Numbered from the stretch's first letter, positions 39,540 through 49,300 are shown. The stretch is 64,000 nt of DNA from an uncultured Desulfosarcina sp. (GCA_963674945.2 CAXXWQ010000003.1:384001-448000), one strand, 5' to 3'. Translations and numbers: made by a program. Notes: generated by a model not told the origin, from the sequence alone.

Positions 39540-39630
39540 TTACAGGCTGGTATGGTTTCGAACGCGCAGAATTTGGTAGGTAAGCACCCTTGCCCAAGGG
39601 TTGCCACGAGTATCATCGTTTTTCCTATTA

Positions 39631-41286
39631 CCTGTTTCCGTGGCACAAAACCTGATTAAAACACTATAACCAATTGATAAAACATATATATTATGGTAAT
39701 ATTAGGGCACTAAACGCTCACTTCGGAGGTGAAATCAATGCGGCGTCCGATCACCATAAAACACGAGATGGAAAAACTTGCCAGTCATAGCGGATTGATC
39801 AATATCGGCGCATTACTTGATGCGATAAATTTCAGGTTCCGTTTCGAAAAGATCAACGGCGTCCATTGTGTAGACCCGAAAATTTCTCATGGTGACATTT
39901 TAGCTTCGATGATTGCTCTCATGAGTATTGGTAAACCTGATTACGATGCGATCGAGATTTTTCGTGAGAAGCAAGAATTTTTCAACAAGGCCATTGGCAA
40001 TCGTGCATGCCCGTCAAGCCCGACATTGCGTCAGCGAATCGATTTGATCGGCAACCAAGCCGATAAGCTGATTAAGGATGCAGGCGTTGATTTGGTTCGA
40101 TCCTGCGCTCCGGCGATTTCACCCATCCAAACCAGTGCGGGTGATTTCCTTCCTTTGGATATGGATGTGAGTCCGTTTGACAACTCAAAGACTCAAAAGG
40201 AAGGCGTTTCCAGAACCTACAAAGGCACGGATGGCTTCGCTCCGATCTTTGCCTACCTGGGCACCGAGGGGTATCTGGTGAATCTTGAGTTCAGAGAAGG
40301 AAAACAACACTGCCAGAAAAACACCCCCGAATTTATCAACGCCACCTTGGATTATGCCAGGCAAATTACCGATCAGCCTATTTTGATGAGGTTGGATTCA
40401 GGAAACGACAGTCAAGACAACTTTCCTGACGATTCACGAAAGAATGTCCACTTTATCATCAAACGCAATTTGCGTAGAGAATCTGTTCAAAAGTGGGTTG
40501 ATCTGGCAAAAAAATCCGGCAAGCAACAGCATTGCCGCTCAGGAAAATGTGTATGGATCGGAAAGACGATTGAAGACATCAACGGCAATCCATTGCGCTA
40601 CCCAATCATCTTTGAGGTTACCGAAAGGCATACCAAAAAGGGCCAAGTACTGCTGTTCCCCGAGTATCAGATCGATACCTATTGGTGCAGCCTCGCACAG
40701 TTGCCACCGGATGAGGTGATTCGACTTTATCACGATCACGGTACCAGCGAGCAGTTTCACTCCGAACTCAAATCCGACATGGGCCTGGAGCGCTTGCCGA
40801 GCGGTCATTTTTCCACCAATAGCTTGATTCTTCATTTGGCGATGCTGACGTACAACATGCTACGGATTATCGGACAAATCAGCATCGAAGAGAGTGATCC
40901 GACTGAATTGCCCGGTATACGCCGGAAGAAAGTTACCCGGCGTCGAATCCGGACAGTCATGCAGGACTTGATGTATATGGCCGGTCGATTAGTAACCAGA
41001 AGTAGAAAATGGTACATATCCTTTGGCCAACTCAATCCATTTTCCAAACTGATGGATCGGATTTATCTTCGTCTGAATTTGCTTTCCGCTATGAAGTAGC
41101 TATAATTTTTAAAAGAACAATTTTACAGGCATTTGCTTGGTGATTTGCTATGGCTAAAGAATGAGAAACAGGAGCAAAATTCCTTCGAAATTTGAAAATA
41201 GTGAGAAAAATTATCAACAAATGATGGTGTGTGAGGCAATCGCCCCGCGCCAATCCTAACAGCAAAAATTAGGCCACTGATTCAGG
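39631..41286 (+). mobile_element. IS1380-family insertion sequence
   Basis: IRs CCTGTTTCCGTGGC / GCCACTGATTCAGG; 5-bp TSD TATTA at 39626-39630 and 41287-41291. Confidence 0.92.
39729..41099 (+). CDS. IS1380 family transposase
   Basis: PSSPTLRQR, LDMDVS, RLDSG, YHDHGTSEQFHSELK. Confidence 0.92.
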   Translation: MKSMRRPITIKHEMEKLASHSGLINIGALLDAINFRFRFEKINGVHCVDPKISHGDILASMIALMSIGKPDYDAIEIFREKQEFFNKAIGNRACPSSPTLRQRIDLIGNQADKLIKDAGVDLVRSCAPAISPIQTSAGDFLPLDMDVSPFDNSKTQKEGVSRTYKGTDGFAPIFAYLGTEGYLVNLEFREGKQHCQKNTPEFINATLDYARQITDQPILMRLDSGNDSQDNFPDDSRKNVHFIIKRNLRRESVQKWVDLAKKSGKQQHCRSGKCVWIGKTIEDINGNPLRYPIIFEVTERHTKKGQVLLFPEYQIDTYWCSLAQLPPDEVIRLYHDHGTSEQFHSELKSDMGLERLPSGHFSTNSLILHLAMLTYNMLRIIGQISIEESDPTELPGIRRKKVTRRRIRTVMQDLMYMAGRLVTRSRKWYISFGQLNPFSKLMDRIYLRLNLLSAMK

Positions 41287-41371
41287 TATTAACTATAGGC
41301 TCCCCGCTCTCAGTTCCAAGCTAAACCCCTCATCACTCATAACGCATCACACATCACCGCCGCAAAGCGGC

Positions 41372-41989
41372 CTAAAGTACCGCAATATCCAACGCCACCG
41401 GAGCCCATCGATCATCCGGAGAAACACGCTCGTATATCCTCAAATAGCTTTTGGATCCGACAACCTGCATACTGTCGCTGATCGCATTCATGGCCCGAAG
41501 CCATTTTTCGTCATCAATGGCCAGGCGACGAAGCCCAAGAATACGGCTGGTATTCAAACGCCCCTCCTTGTCAACCTGGAATGCATCCATGATGATGGTC
41601 TTGATTTCGTCCCGGCTGCCGTCCGCCCACTCCGTTATGCATTCGTCCACAAGCGCTTTTGCCGCCTTTAGTCGTTCGTCGAATGTCAGATGTTCGCTGA
41701 TGGCGATCTGGACCTTTGTTTTTCCGTCGAATGATACGAGTGACGTGTTCCCCTTGCGCCCCCCGAGAATGACGTCATATTTCTCGGCGGATAGCTCGAC
41801 GAACGCCTGGACATCCCCCATCGCCCTCGCCTTGAAATCGGCGATCTTCAGTTGAAGGGATTTCGCCGCATCCGCGATCTCGCATACCAGTTTATGGCGT
41901 TCCTGGTCGATCTCCGGGATCATGGACTTGGGTACCAGGCGGCCATGGGCGTCTCTCATGTAATCGTTCAGGTTCAGTTCTTCAGACAT
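41372..41989 (-). CDS. DUF3164 family protein (Mu-like early gene)
   Basis: YMRDAHGRLVP, GGRKGN, FDERLKAAKALVDEC, AFQVDKEG, SKSYLRIYER. Confidence 0.9.
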   Translation of the reverse strand: MSEELNLNDYMRDAHGRLVPKSMIPEIDQERHKLVCEIADAAKSLQLKIADFKARAMGDVQAFVELSAEKYDVILGGRKGNTSLVSFDGKTKVQIAISEHLTFDERLKAAKALVDECITEWADGSRDEIKTIIMDAFQVDKEGRLNTSRILGLRRLAIDDEKWLRAMNAISDSMQVVGSKSYLRIYERVSPDDRWAPVALDIAVL

Positions 41990-42002
41990 CGTTTATCCTC
42001 CT

Positions 42003-42215
42003 TTAAATTTCGTCACAGGCTTTCTTTTTCTCGATATGCGAATCCTCGACAAGGTCGTCGGTCCTGCATTTTAAAATGTAGCCGGCCAGCGCCGATTTCA
42101 GGCACTCCGCTAGGAAAAACAGGTTTTTTACGGCTTTCGGTGAAAGTGAACCGTTCAAGGATTCCCCCTGCCGTCCGATCACCTCCACAATCTCCTTCAC
42201 CTTCCGATACCCCAT
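42003..42215 (-). CDS. Phage hypothetical protein
   Basis: 70 aa; GGAGG RBS; in the early operon. Confidence 0.45.
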   Translation of the reverse strand: MGYRKVKEIVEVIGRQGESLNGSLSPKAVKNLFFLAECLKSALAGYILKCRTDDLVEDSHIEKKKACDEI

Positions 42216-42243
42216 CGTAATCCTCCACGCTCCATGCTCTCAG

Positions 42244-42516
42244 CTATGAGCTCTCAACTCTCAGCTTTTCCTCATACAGTTTCCGGCTCAGTACGCTCAC
42301 CGCCTTCTGGTCGATATGATCGATGGAGATGATCACATCCATGTCCGGGTGCCAGTACAGGGCCAGGCGCCGGTACTCCTCGCCGTTTTTCAGGCGAAAC
42401 GACTTGCAGCTTTGCACCCGAACGCTTCGCCGGATGATTTCCCGGATCAATAGCTCCGTCGGGGCGCCCCCGACGCGCTGTCGCCAGTTATCGATGAAAT
42501 GCCAGGAAAACTTCAT
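42244..42516 (-). CDS. Phage hypothetical protein
   Basis: MKFSWHFIDNWRQRVG; coupled to gemA. Confidence 0.6.
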   Translation of the reverse strand: MKFSWHFIDNWRQRVGGAPTELLIREIIRRSVRVQSCKSFRLKNGEEYRRLALYWHPDMDVIISIDHIDQKAVSVLSRKLYEEKLRVESS

Positions 42517-42932
42517 CGTGCGCTCACCTTCCTCTTACCGCGTGCCCGCCTCTGGTGGTACGTCAACGCGGCAACGATCTTCCGCAAGCCATCCGGATCG
42601 CACCACTCCACCATATCCGCCCCGCACATCCGCTGGGCCATGCTGTCCACATAGGATCGTGGCAGGTTCATGTCCAGGCACATGGCGTTGATCTTGGACA
42701 TCAGCCGCTTTTTATACTCCGTAACGGAATTGAATCCACGCAGCCTTTTCCTCTTTTTAAAACCAAGGTGCTCGAAATGTTCGAGCACGCTTGAAAAGGT
42801 CCTGTCGTTCAGATCCCTGCTGCTCCTGGCGCCATTGCCGTGGGCGGCCAGGATGTCCTGGTACTCGGCATCACTCAATCCGAGCTGAGACTTCGCCACA
42901 TGGATGAGCGCTTTCTTCCCGTTGCTGATCAT
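42513..42932 (-). CDS. gemA: Mu gp16/GemA family protein (DUF1018)
   Basis: LIHVAKSQLGLSDAEY, SSRDL, KINAM, LRKIVAAL. Confidence 0.85.
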   Translation of the reverse strand: MISNGKKALIHVAKSQLGLSDAEYQDILAAHGNGARSSRDLNDRTFSSVLEHFEHLGFKKRKRLRGFNSVTEYKKRLMSKINAMCLDMNLPRSYVDSMAQRMCGADMVEWCDPDGLRKIVAALTYHQRRARGKRKVSAR

Positions 42933-43110
42933 GTCCCCTCCACGGTTGCAGTTTGTTGAGAACAGCCCTGGGCATGACCCACGTGGAAATCGGCCACACG
43001 CTGATGGATCCGCAGACCGGGCACGTGCTGTCATCACGGCGGTCCTTCGCGTCGAAAACCATGTCGCAATTGGCGCAGAAACAGGCGCTCTCGATCCGAA
43101 ATGCGTTCAT
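42871..43110 (-). CDS. Small zinc-ribbon protein
   Basis: CANC...CPVCGS; AGGAGG RBS. Confidence 0.55.
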   Translation of the reverse strand: MNAFRIESACFCANCDMVFDAKDRRDDSTCPVCGSISVWPISTWVMPRAVLNKLQPWRGHDQQREESAHPCGEVSARIE

Positions 43111-43138
43111 ACAGCCTCCTTTAAATCCTTTCCGATCG

Positions 43139-43708
43139 TTATTCATCGATCGCCTCCACCACGGCCACGGCAACGTCCAGGCTTTCCTGGATCGCGTGCA
43201 GGGCCTCTCTTGCAGTCTTTTTTAATTCCCGGATCTGTCGCATCTTCTCCGCGTTCTCATCGTTTCGTACCAGGTTCGGCCCGGGGTCATCGATCATCCG
43301 GTATTTGGACGGCTGATTGTCCGGCATCTTGATCATTCGCATCACACCCCGCCGGACCAGCATCTGCAGATACTCCTTGGCAGTGTTCTCCTCCACCTTG
43401 CAGTTGGCCATCAGGTCGGTAACGGAAATGGTGTTCCGCCGGTTCGCCCGGATCAAACGGTACATGCATCTGGTTTTCGTGGCCGGATGGGGATCGTACC
43501 GCTTGCCCGTGTACCGGATCACGCCGGGACTGATCCGGACAACCTCATCACGCTTGATGAAATCCCGCATGGCGTTGTAGAGACGCTGCTTCTCTTTGTC
43601 CTCGATCATGTCCAGCCGCTCTGCGATTTCCTGATATGTAATCTGGTCCCGGTCCTTGAAATCGATGCGCATGATGTCTCGGATGCGTTGGGCGAAAGAT
43701 ACGGTCAT
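43139..43708 (-). CDS. Winged-helix phage protein downstream of MuB
   Basis: Two wHTH-like segments (AKEYLQMLVRRG...YRMIDDPGP); AGGAGG RBS. Confidence 0.65.
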   Translation of the reverse strand: MTVSFAQRIRDIMRIDFKDRDQITYQEIAERLDMIEDKEKQRLYNAMRDFIKRDEVVRISPGVIRYTGKRYDPHPATKTRCMYRLIRANRRNTISVTDLMANCKVEENTAKEYLQMLVRRGVMRMIKMPDNQPSKYRMIDDPGPNLVRNDENAEKMRQIRELKKTAREALHAIQESLDVAVAVVEAIDE

Positions 43709-43752
43709 GGAGACCTCCTGATGTTGATGACCTCGTAAAAAGCTGCTGTTCG

Positions 43753-43820
43753 GACGGATTCGTAAAAAGCCCGAGATCAAGGATTGCGAGTCTCGAGGTC
43801 GGGCTTTTTACGAATCCGTC
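43753..43820. repeat. Family A palindromic repeat (short copy) overlapping the MuB stop
   Basis: GACGGATTCGTAAAAAGCCCGA...TCGGGCTTTTTACGAATCCGTC perfect 22-bp IR. Confidence 0.75.
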
Positions 43821-44574
43821 AATGTTTGGCCCAGCGGATGGCCGCCTTGATGCCGTCCGTTGCGATATCCGGCGTGATTTCCTCGATATTTTTTGCGTTG
43901 GCGTACTGAACGCAGTAATGCAGGGCGCGCTTTACCAGACGGAAATTGCCGTCGGTGGTATACTTTGTGGCGGTTTTATGCAGGATGGCCGCGACATCCG
44001 CAGTGATCTGAACACCGATGGCTTCTTTTGCGAAAATGATCACGTCGCTCTGTTTCATGGGGGAGAATTTCACAGGACTGAAGGTGCGCGTCTGGATTCC
44101 GTCTTTGCCTCCTTGTTTAAGGAGGTTCATCAGATTATGCTCACCGATCAACACAATCGGGCACGTGGTCACGCGTGTTATATCGCGCATCAACTCGAGG
44201 TGGCCCGGTTTCAGCCTGCCTGCCTCATCGATAAAGATTATCGTATCCTGGTGATCGAACAGATAATCGTTTATGTCGTTGAAACATCTTCCTTTGCGGC
44301 TGGCAACGTTTTCGATTCCCAACTCGAAGCAAAAATCCCGCAGAAATTCCAGCTCGCTTGAAATCCATATTGCCGTTGATTCGAGATATATCGTGTTGTT
44401 GTGATTGGCGTGGTACCATTTGATGGTTTCGGATTTACCGAGTCCGGCCTTTCCGTATACGACACCGAATTTTCCCTCTCCGACATCCATTCCGAGATCG
44501 TCCATCATGATGACAACATCCCGGACGTTCTTTGTCTGAATGAAAACCGAATGAGATATACTCAATTTCGTCAT
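43819..44574 (-). CDS. MuB-like AAA transposition ATPase
   Basis: GKAGLGKS, IFIDEA, PIVLIGE, GNFR. Confidence 0.9.
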   Translation of the reverse strand: MTKLSISHSVFIQTKNVRDVVIMMDDLGMDVGEGKFGVVYGKAGLGKSETIKWYHANHNNTIYLESTAIWISSELEFLRDFCFELGIENVASRKGRCFNDINDYLFDHQDTIIFIDEAGRLKPGHLELMRDITRVTTCPIVLIGEHNLMNLLKQGGKDGIQTRTFSPVKFSPMKQSDVIIFAKEAIGVQITADVAAILHKTATKYTTDGNFRLVKRALHYCVQYANAKNIEEITPDIATDGIKAAIRWAKH

Positions 44575-44617
44575 ATGAACACTCCCTCCAATAAACGGTT
44601 AACCCCTTTCAGATTTG

Positions 44618-46750
44618 TCACGTCGTCCCCGTCATCACCGACGCGCAAACGCGGGCCTGCTCCCAATACCCGCTCTTTGCAAGCGTCTTGTATTTCGGGG
44701 TCTGCTCGAAATACCGCATGAAGGTGAGCCACTGTTTCGGGATCATCACGCCGCTCGCCGCCAGGTGGACAAGCGTTTCATACCGGTCCGGTTCATCCAT
44801 GCCGTCGAGCTCGGCGAAAACGTTGGGCTCTTCTTTCTCGTGGTTTTCGAAATACGCCGCGGCCTCCGCCTCGATCTGCTTTTCGTCGGCTGCGGTGAGA
44901 TGCTTTGGAGCGGATTCTCGATCGATTATCACTGGGCCGGTAGGCGTTACACCCTCACGCAGTAGTTGCCGGCGGTGGGCCGGCAGCACCTCTTTTTCCA
45001 ACAGCAGCTTGGACAGGCCGCTGGCCAGCTTGTACTGGTGGTTTTTGATCGCGAGCTGTCGGTCCAGTTGATCCACATCCTCTTCGGTGCCAAGCGGTCT
45101 TGCTGCCGGGTGGGTCTTCTCCTGTTCAAAGGCGAGGCAGACGAATTCATCCTCTTCAAACACCGCGATATAGCTCGGGTCCTGCAGATCGTACCGCACC
45201 TCGACGCTATGGTGGCGGCCGCACAGTTTGTCATGGTAGTAGTAGCTGCCCATATGAGAGATCCGGCTGGCGCGGACCACCGCGTCCTTTCGGGCCCACA
45301 TCAAAGCGGTCAGTTTCGCCGGATCGATTCCCTTGCCGCGGCCCGGTTCGAAAAGATCCATCGGCGCCCAGCCCTTCAGGTACTTGCTGCGCGGTTGCGG
45401 ACGGTGGGCGTATTCGTCGAACCATTCGGCCACCATTTGGTGGGCCATTTCCATCGTCACATACTCGCCGCCCATCACCTTTTCATAGACCTTCCTGTGC
45501 AGCTTCTCCCCCCGGTTCATGCGCGGCGGCTTCTTGGCGATGCTGGTTCCGGTGTAGCTCGGCGATTTTCTCTCCATCTCCGCCATCGTTCCGAAAAATC
45601 GCTCCACGGTCTTGCTCTGCCCGTGATACCCCCACGCGAATATCGTCTGGATGCCGAGCTGGTCGTACAGGCCCTTGAGCCCGGCCTGCGAAAGATCGGT
45701 GTTCTGGAAATAGTTGGCCTTGAACGCCTTGCCGTTGTCCAGGTAGACGACGCGAGGGATCTTGCCCAAAAATAGGATGGCCCTGCGAAGTGCGGAGGAA
45801 ATTGCCACGGTGTTTTCCGTCGGCATGATCTCCCATCCGCACGGCATGCTCGATCGCATGTCGTAGAAAGTGATCAGCGTCATCCGCTTTGGTTTGCCGG
45901 TCCACGGATTCAGGATGTTGAAATTGAGCTTGTGCCCGTCCGCCACCAGCACATCGCCGACATTGATCAGTTCCGGGTTCCGCTCGATGGACAGGCAGCA
46001 CTCGTCGTTCCACCGCTTCTTGCCGCCACGCTGAAAACACCAGATATCATAATTGTGCTCTTTGAAATCCATAATCCACCGGCGGTACGTGGATGGGTTG
46101 TGGCCGTTGGGGATGCCCACCGCCGACATCCGTTTTTTCGCCTCCCGGATCACCTCCGAAATGAGCAGAGCGTTGGGATGAAGTGCCACCTGGAGAATGA
46201 TCGCGGCCTGTTTTGCCGTGATGATCCGCTTCCCTTTTCGCGCCTTGCCCCGCCGGTCCGCCAGGTTCCCGCCGTCCCGCACCGTCCGCTTCCATCCCTC
46301 GATGGTCTGCCAGGACACCGGCCCGAGGATTTCGTGGATCTGTTGATAGATGAGCCCGTTGTTGTAGGCCGTCATGAAGTTGTCCCGGGCCACCGCCTTC
46401 TTACCGTGACCGGCGGCGGATATGGTCCTTACATAATGACCGAGAAGATCGGCCTTGGCGCCGAACGTTCGCCGCTGCGCATCGCTCATCTCCTCCACCG
46501 GCGTCTTTTTCGCCGGAAGATGGGATGAGGATTCTGCGGGCAGGTTGGAAAGCCGGTCCTTATTATAAAGGACGCGGATATCCTCCGGCAGATTGTCGAC
46601 CGGGTACCGCCGGATCTTCCCCCCGCGCCCCTTGCCCGGCATCTCCATGAAATGCCACCCCTCCTTCGATGCGCGTGCCTGGAGGGACCGCACGCCGACA
46701 CCGGCGAATTCGTGGATCTGCTGAATGGAAAGGGTCGTCTCGCCAGTCAT
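44618..46750 (-). CDS. MuA-like DDE transposase
   Basis: N-terminal Mu HTH (RASKEGW..GRGG..YPVDNLP), LVADGH, YLDNGKAF, SKTVERFF, VRYD C-terminal domain. Confidence 0.92.
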   Translation of the reverse strand: MTGETTLSIQQIHEFAGVGVRSLQARASKEGWHFMEMPGKGRGGKIRRYPVDNLPEDIRVLYNKDRLSNLPAESSSHLPAKKTPVEEMSDAQRRTFGAKADLLGHYVRTISAAGHGKKAVARDNFMTAYNNGLIYQQIHEILGPVSWQTIEGWKRTVRDGGNLADRRGKARKGKRIITAKQAAIILQVALHPNALLISEVIREAKKRMSAVGIPNGHNPSTYRRWIMDFKEHNYDIWCFQRGGKKRWNDECCLSIERNPELINVGDVLVADGHKLNFNILNPWTGKPKRMTLITFYDMRSSMPCGWEIMPTENTVAISSALRRAILFLGKIPRVVYLDNGKAFKANYFQNTDLSQAGLKGLYDQLGIQTIFAWGYHGQSKTVERFFGTMAEMERKSPSYTGTSIAKKPPRMNRGEKLHRKVYEKVMGGEYVTMEMAHQMVAEWFDEYAHRPQPRSKYLKGWAPMDLFEPGRGKGIDPAKLTALMWARKDAVVRASRISHMGSYYYHDKLCGRHHSVEVRYDLQDPSYIAVFEEDEFVCLAFEQEKTHPAARPLGTEEDVDQLDRQLAIKNHQYKLASGLSKLLLEKEVLPAHRRQLLREGVTPTGPVIIDRESAPKHLTAADEKQIEAEAAAYFENHEKEEPNVFAELDGMDEPDRYETLVHLAASGVMIPKQWLTFMRYFEQTPKYKTLAKSGYWEQARVCASVMTGTT

Positions 46751-46752
46751 TT

Positions 46753-47358
46753 TTATCCCTCGAGCAATCGTTTCAGGCCGTCGATGATCTTGATCATCTT
46801 TTTCCGGTCGACTCCCTCGAACCTGTTTTTTCTCGCATCCCGAATACTCTGAATCAGATCCTCGAACGCTTTTTTGAAGATGTCGGGGAGCGTTCCGATG
46901 GAATTCTCGATCATATTCCTCGTTCGTGGCTGCGGGTTTCCACGCAGAAGGTCCACCGCCCACACCACATGCTTGGACATCACCACGTCCGCGCCGGACT
47001 CCTTCGCCCGGTTGATGGCCATGTCCCAGGCCTTTGCCTGCTCTTCCGGTTCCAGCTTCGCAAGCGGCCGTGCCAGTGACTCTTTTTCGGGCAGCACCGG
47101 ACAGGTTTTGTCCGCATTGCGGACATTTTCGATCACCTCAACACCGGTGATCAGTTGGTAGGCCGTCGACCTGGCGCAGTCGAATCGCTCCTTGGTGTAC
47201 TGCTCGAAAGTCGCGTGGGACATCCGGTACAGCTTCCGGTCCCGGATCTCCCGCAACGCAAACCCGACCTTCATCCACGACACCATGTTGTCCTCGACAA
47301 CCCTCTCAAGCCGGTCCAGGTCGTTGATTTCGTTCATTGATAGTTGTGTTTTGTCCAT
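46753..47358 (-). CDS. Phage early protein (DUF3102-like)
   Basis: VGFALREIRDRKLYR..TFEQY..ERF, ESLARPL. Confidence 0.65.
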   Translation of the reverse strand: MDKTQLSMNEINDLDRLERVVEDNMVSWMKVGFALREIRDRKLYRMSHATFEQYTKERFDCARSTAYQLITGVEVIENVRNADKTCPVLPEKESLARPLAKLEPEEQAKAWDMAINRAKESGADVVMSKHVVWAVDLLRGNPQPRTRNMIENSIGTLPDIFKKAFEDLIQSIRDARKNRFEGVDRKKMIKIIDGLKRLLEG

Positions 47359-47430
47359 CTTATCTCCTTTGTAACTTTTTTGATTTCCTGTTATGTTTAA
47401 TTCATTGACAATTCATCTATCCCGGAGGTT

Positions 47431-47841
47431 GTGGTGTCGAAAAAACAGAAAAAGATGGAATACAGCTCAGACCAGTCTCTTGGTATGCTTGCAGGTTGCC
47501 CGTTTAGTGGATTTGGACCATGCCAGGCAGAAAAGTGCGTTTTTTTCGTAGCCGTTCCACCTGACTTAAAAGAAAGAGCGTGCGTCATTACTGCGTCCTA
47601 CGTTTTTCAATCCATGAAGGATGTACTTGAGACAACGGTATTTTTGGAAAGGACGTTAGAAAAAGACGGCATCCTTCCCAAGAGTCATGTAGCCGCTCAA
47701 GTTGCCGAATCTCTTGTTGGATGTTTGGATCGTCTTGACGGTATCTACGGTCATCCAAAGACTGACGAATCATTGAAAGAATTGATTCGCACATTGAAAG
47801 GCCAAATTCGGTACCGCCTAGAAACCTTTGCTGAATCATGA
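47431..47841 (+). CDS. Hypothetical protein, antisense within the early operon
   Basis: GGAGG RBS; CPF...C....C motif; lower GC than neighbours. Confidence 0.55.
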   Translation: MVSKKQKKMEYSSDQSLGMLAGCPFSGFGPCQAEKCVFFVAVPPDLKERACVITASYVFQSMKDVLETTVFLERTLEKDGILPKSHVAAQVAESLVGCLDRLDGIYGHPKTDESLKELIRTLKGQIRYRLETFAES

Positions 47842-47883
47842 TGCTGCTCCTTTTCGTTTTCGTTATTCCAAGAGGATTCGTCA

Positions 47884-48141
47884 TCATGCCGCGTCCTGCT
47901 CCCAGAAACGTTCACCCAGACGCGATTCGATAAATTCTCGTATCTCCTTTGCCTTTCGCCGCCCGTTCACCACCTGGGAGATGTATTGGGGGGACACGTT
48001 AAGATGGTCCGCCCATTCCGCCATCTTTTCCCCTTTCCGGATGGCCGTCGCCCGGATCCGACGGGCGATGATCTTCCGCCCGACGGCCTTCCGGTCGTCC
48101 TTCTCGTCAACAAAAATCGTGAATGTCACTTTCCGCTTCAT
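47884..48141 (-). CDS. Cro/Ner-like HTH regulator
   Basis: MAEWADHLNVSPQYISQVVNGRR...IREFIESRLG..FW. Confidence 0.75.
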   Translation of the reverse strand: MKRKVTFTIFVDEKDDRKAVGRKIIARRIRATAIRKGEKMAEWADHLNVSPQYISQVVNGRRKAKEIREFIESRLGERFWEQDAA

Positions 48142-48569
48142 TACAGCTCCGCCTCGATTTTCCGGACAAGCCGGTTTTTCTCCTTGATGGCCAGCTTGGC
48201 CTCGGCCAGCCTGATGAGTTTCTGCTCCCGCTCGCCGACAACTCTCAGATGCAGCGGCTGGGCGATGGCGTCGAGAACGGAGCACCGCCCCACCGCCGCA
48301 CAGAAAATCGGAACCGCCTTGAAAGGGATGTTCCTCGTCGGCTCGTTCAGGTTCAGCCATTTTTCAAACGTGTCGATGGTCAACTGCTTGCCACTGCCGT
48401 TGACCAGGCCGACACTGTAGCTCACAGCCAGATCGTTCATCTTGTCCACGATCTGCTCACGGGAAAGTCCGCAGGCGCGGACATCTTCGTTCATGGCCCT
48501 TTTGACGGGCCGGACAACATTTAAGGTGGGTCGATTAAAGAGGTTCAGTTGGATGGGTTTGTTCGTCAT
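48141..48569 (-). CDS. Phage regulatory protein (CII-like)
   Basis: GLSREQIVDKM, TFEKWLN, PIFCAAVG; first gene of the early operon. Confidence 0.65.
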   Translation of the reverse strand: MTNKPIQLNLFNRPTLNVVRPVKRAMNEDVRACGLSREQIVDKMNDLAVSYSVGLVNGSGKQLTIDTFEKWLNLNEPTRNIPFKAVPIFCAAVGRCSVLDAIAQPLHLRVVGEREQKLIRLAEAKLAIKEKNRLVRKIEAEL

Positions 48570-48671
48570 GTCCGCCTTCCTGGCGTCCGCTGTCCGAAAT
48601 TAGGGATCATTCGGACATTGACAGTTTTTACCCTTCGGGATAGGGTAAATTTGCGCGTTAACTTGTAAAGC

Positions 48672-48700
48672 AAGATACTACCCTTTAAGTCTGTCGTCAA
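48672..48700 (-). promoter_or_regulatory. Early lytic promoter (Pe-like)
   Basis: TTGACG-17bp-TATCTT. Confidence 0.6.
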
Positions 48701-48723
48701 GCAAAAAGTGCGTAAAAAGGCAG

Positions 48724-48815
48724 TTCGTTAGTCGAAATGCCAATTGTACGTATAAGTGTTTAAAAAATTAGAAGAAAATGACTAACGAAATAGATTCGTT
48801 AGTCATTCGTTAGTC
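48724..48815. promoter_or_regulatory. Operator-like repeats TTCGTTAGTC
   Basis: Direct copies at 48724, 48795, 48806 and an inverted copy at 48780, between repressor and early operon. Confidence 0.65.
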
Positions 48816-48820
48816 GAGAT

Positions 48821-49300
48821 ATGACAAACGAATTAGAAAAATTAGATTTCCCAGCCAGACTTGAAGCCCTTATAGACCACACAGGACTACCTAAAAAGGT
48901 ATTCGCAAAAAATTGCGGGATAAAAGAAAAACAACTGTTCGTTTATCTAAGAGGTGAAGCTGAGCCGGGTATGAAGGCTTTGCGTGGCATAAAAGAATAT
49001 TATCCAAACGTAAGTATCGACTGGCTAATATCAGGCATCGGTCCATCTTACCTTGAACAAAAAAAACCGGCGCCTTCAACTGTGCAGGATATTAAGTATG
49101 AAAGTGTCCTCAATGAATTTGAGGACAAGGATTTCGCGATAAAGGTCAATCAAGCACTGGCGGCCATAGAAAAGTTGTCGATGAAGGTTTTCTATGAGGT
49201 GGGTGGATATATAAAGAGAGCCGCTCAGGAAGCAAAGCAGGAAGATCAAGCCTTCGATGAAGATCGATTGACTGGCACGGATGACAATTCAAAAAAATAG
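48821..49300 (+). CDS. Prophage repressor (XRE HTH)
   Basis: FAKNCGI...YLRGEAEP...VSIDWLISG.G; divergent from the early operon. Confidence 0.85.
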   Translation: MTNELEKLDFPARLEALIDHTGLPKKVFAKNCGIKEKQLFVYLRGEAEPGMKALRGIKEYYPNVSIDWLISGIGPSYLEQKKPAPSTVQDIKYESVLNEFEDKDFAIKVNQALAAIEKLSMKVFYEVGGYIKRAAQEAKQEDQAFDEDRLTGTDDNSKK

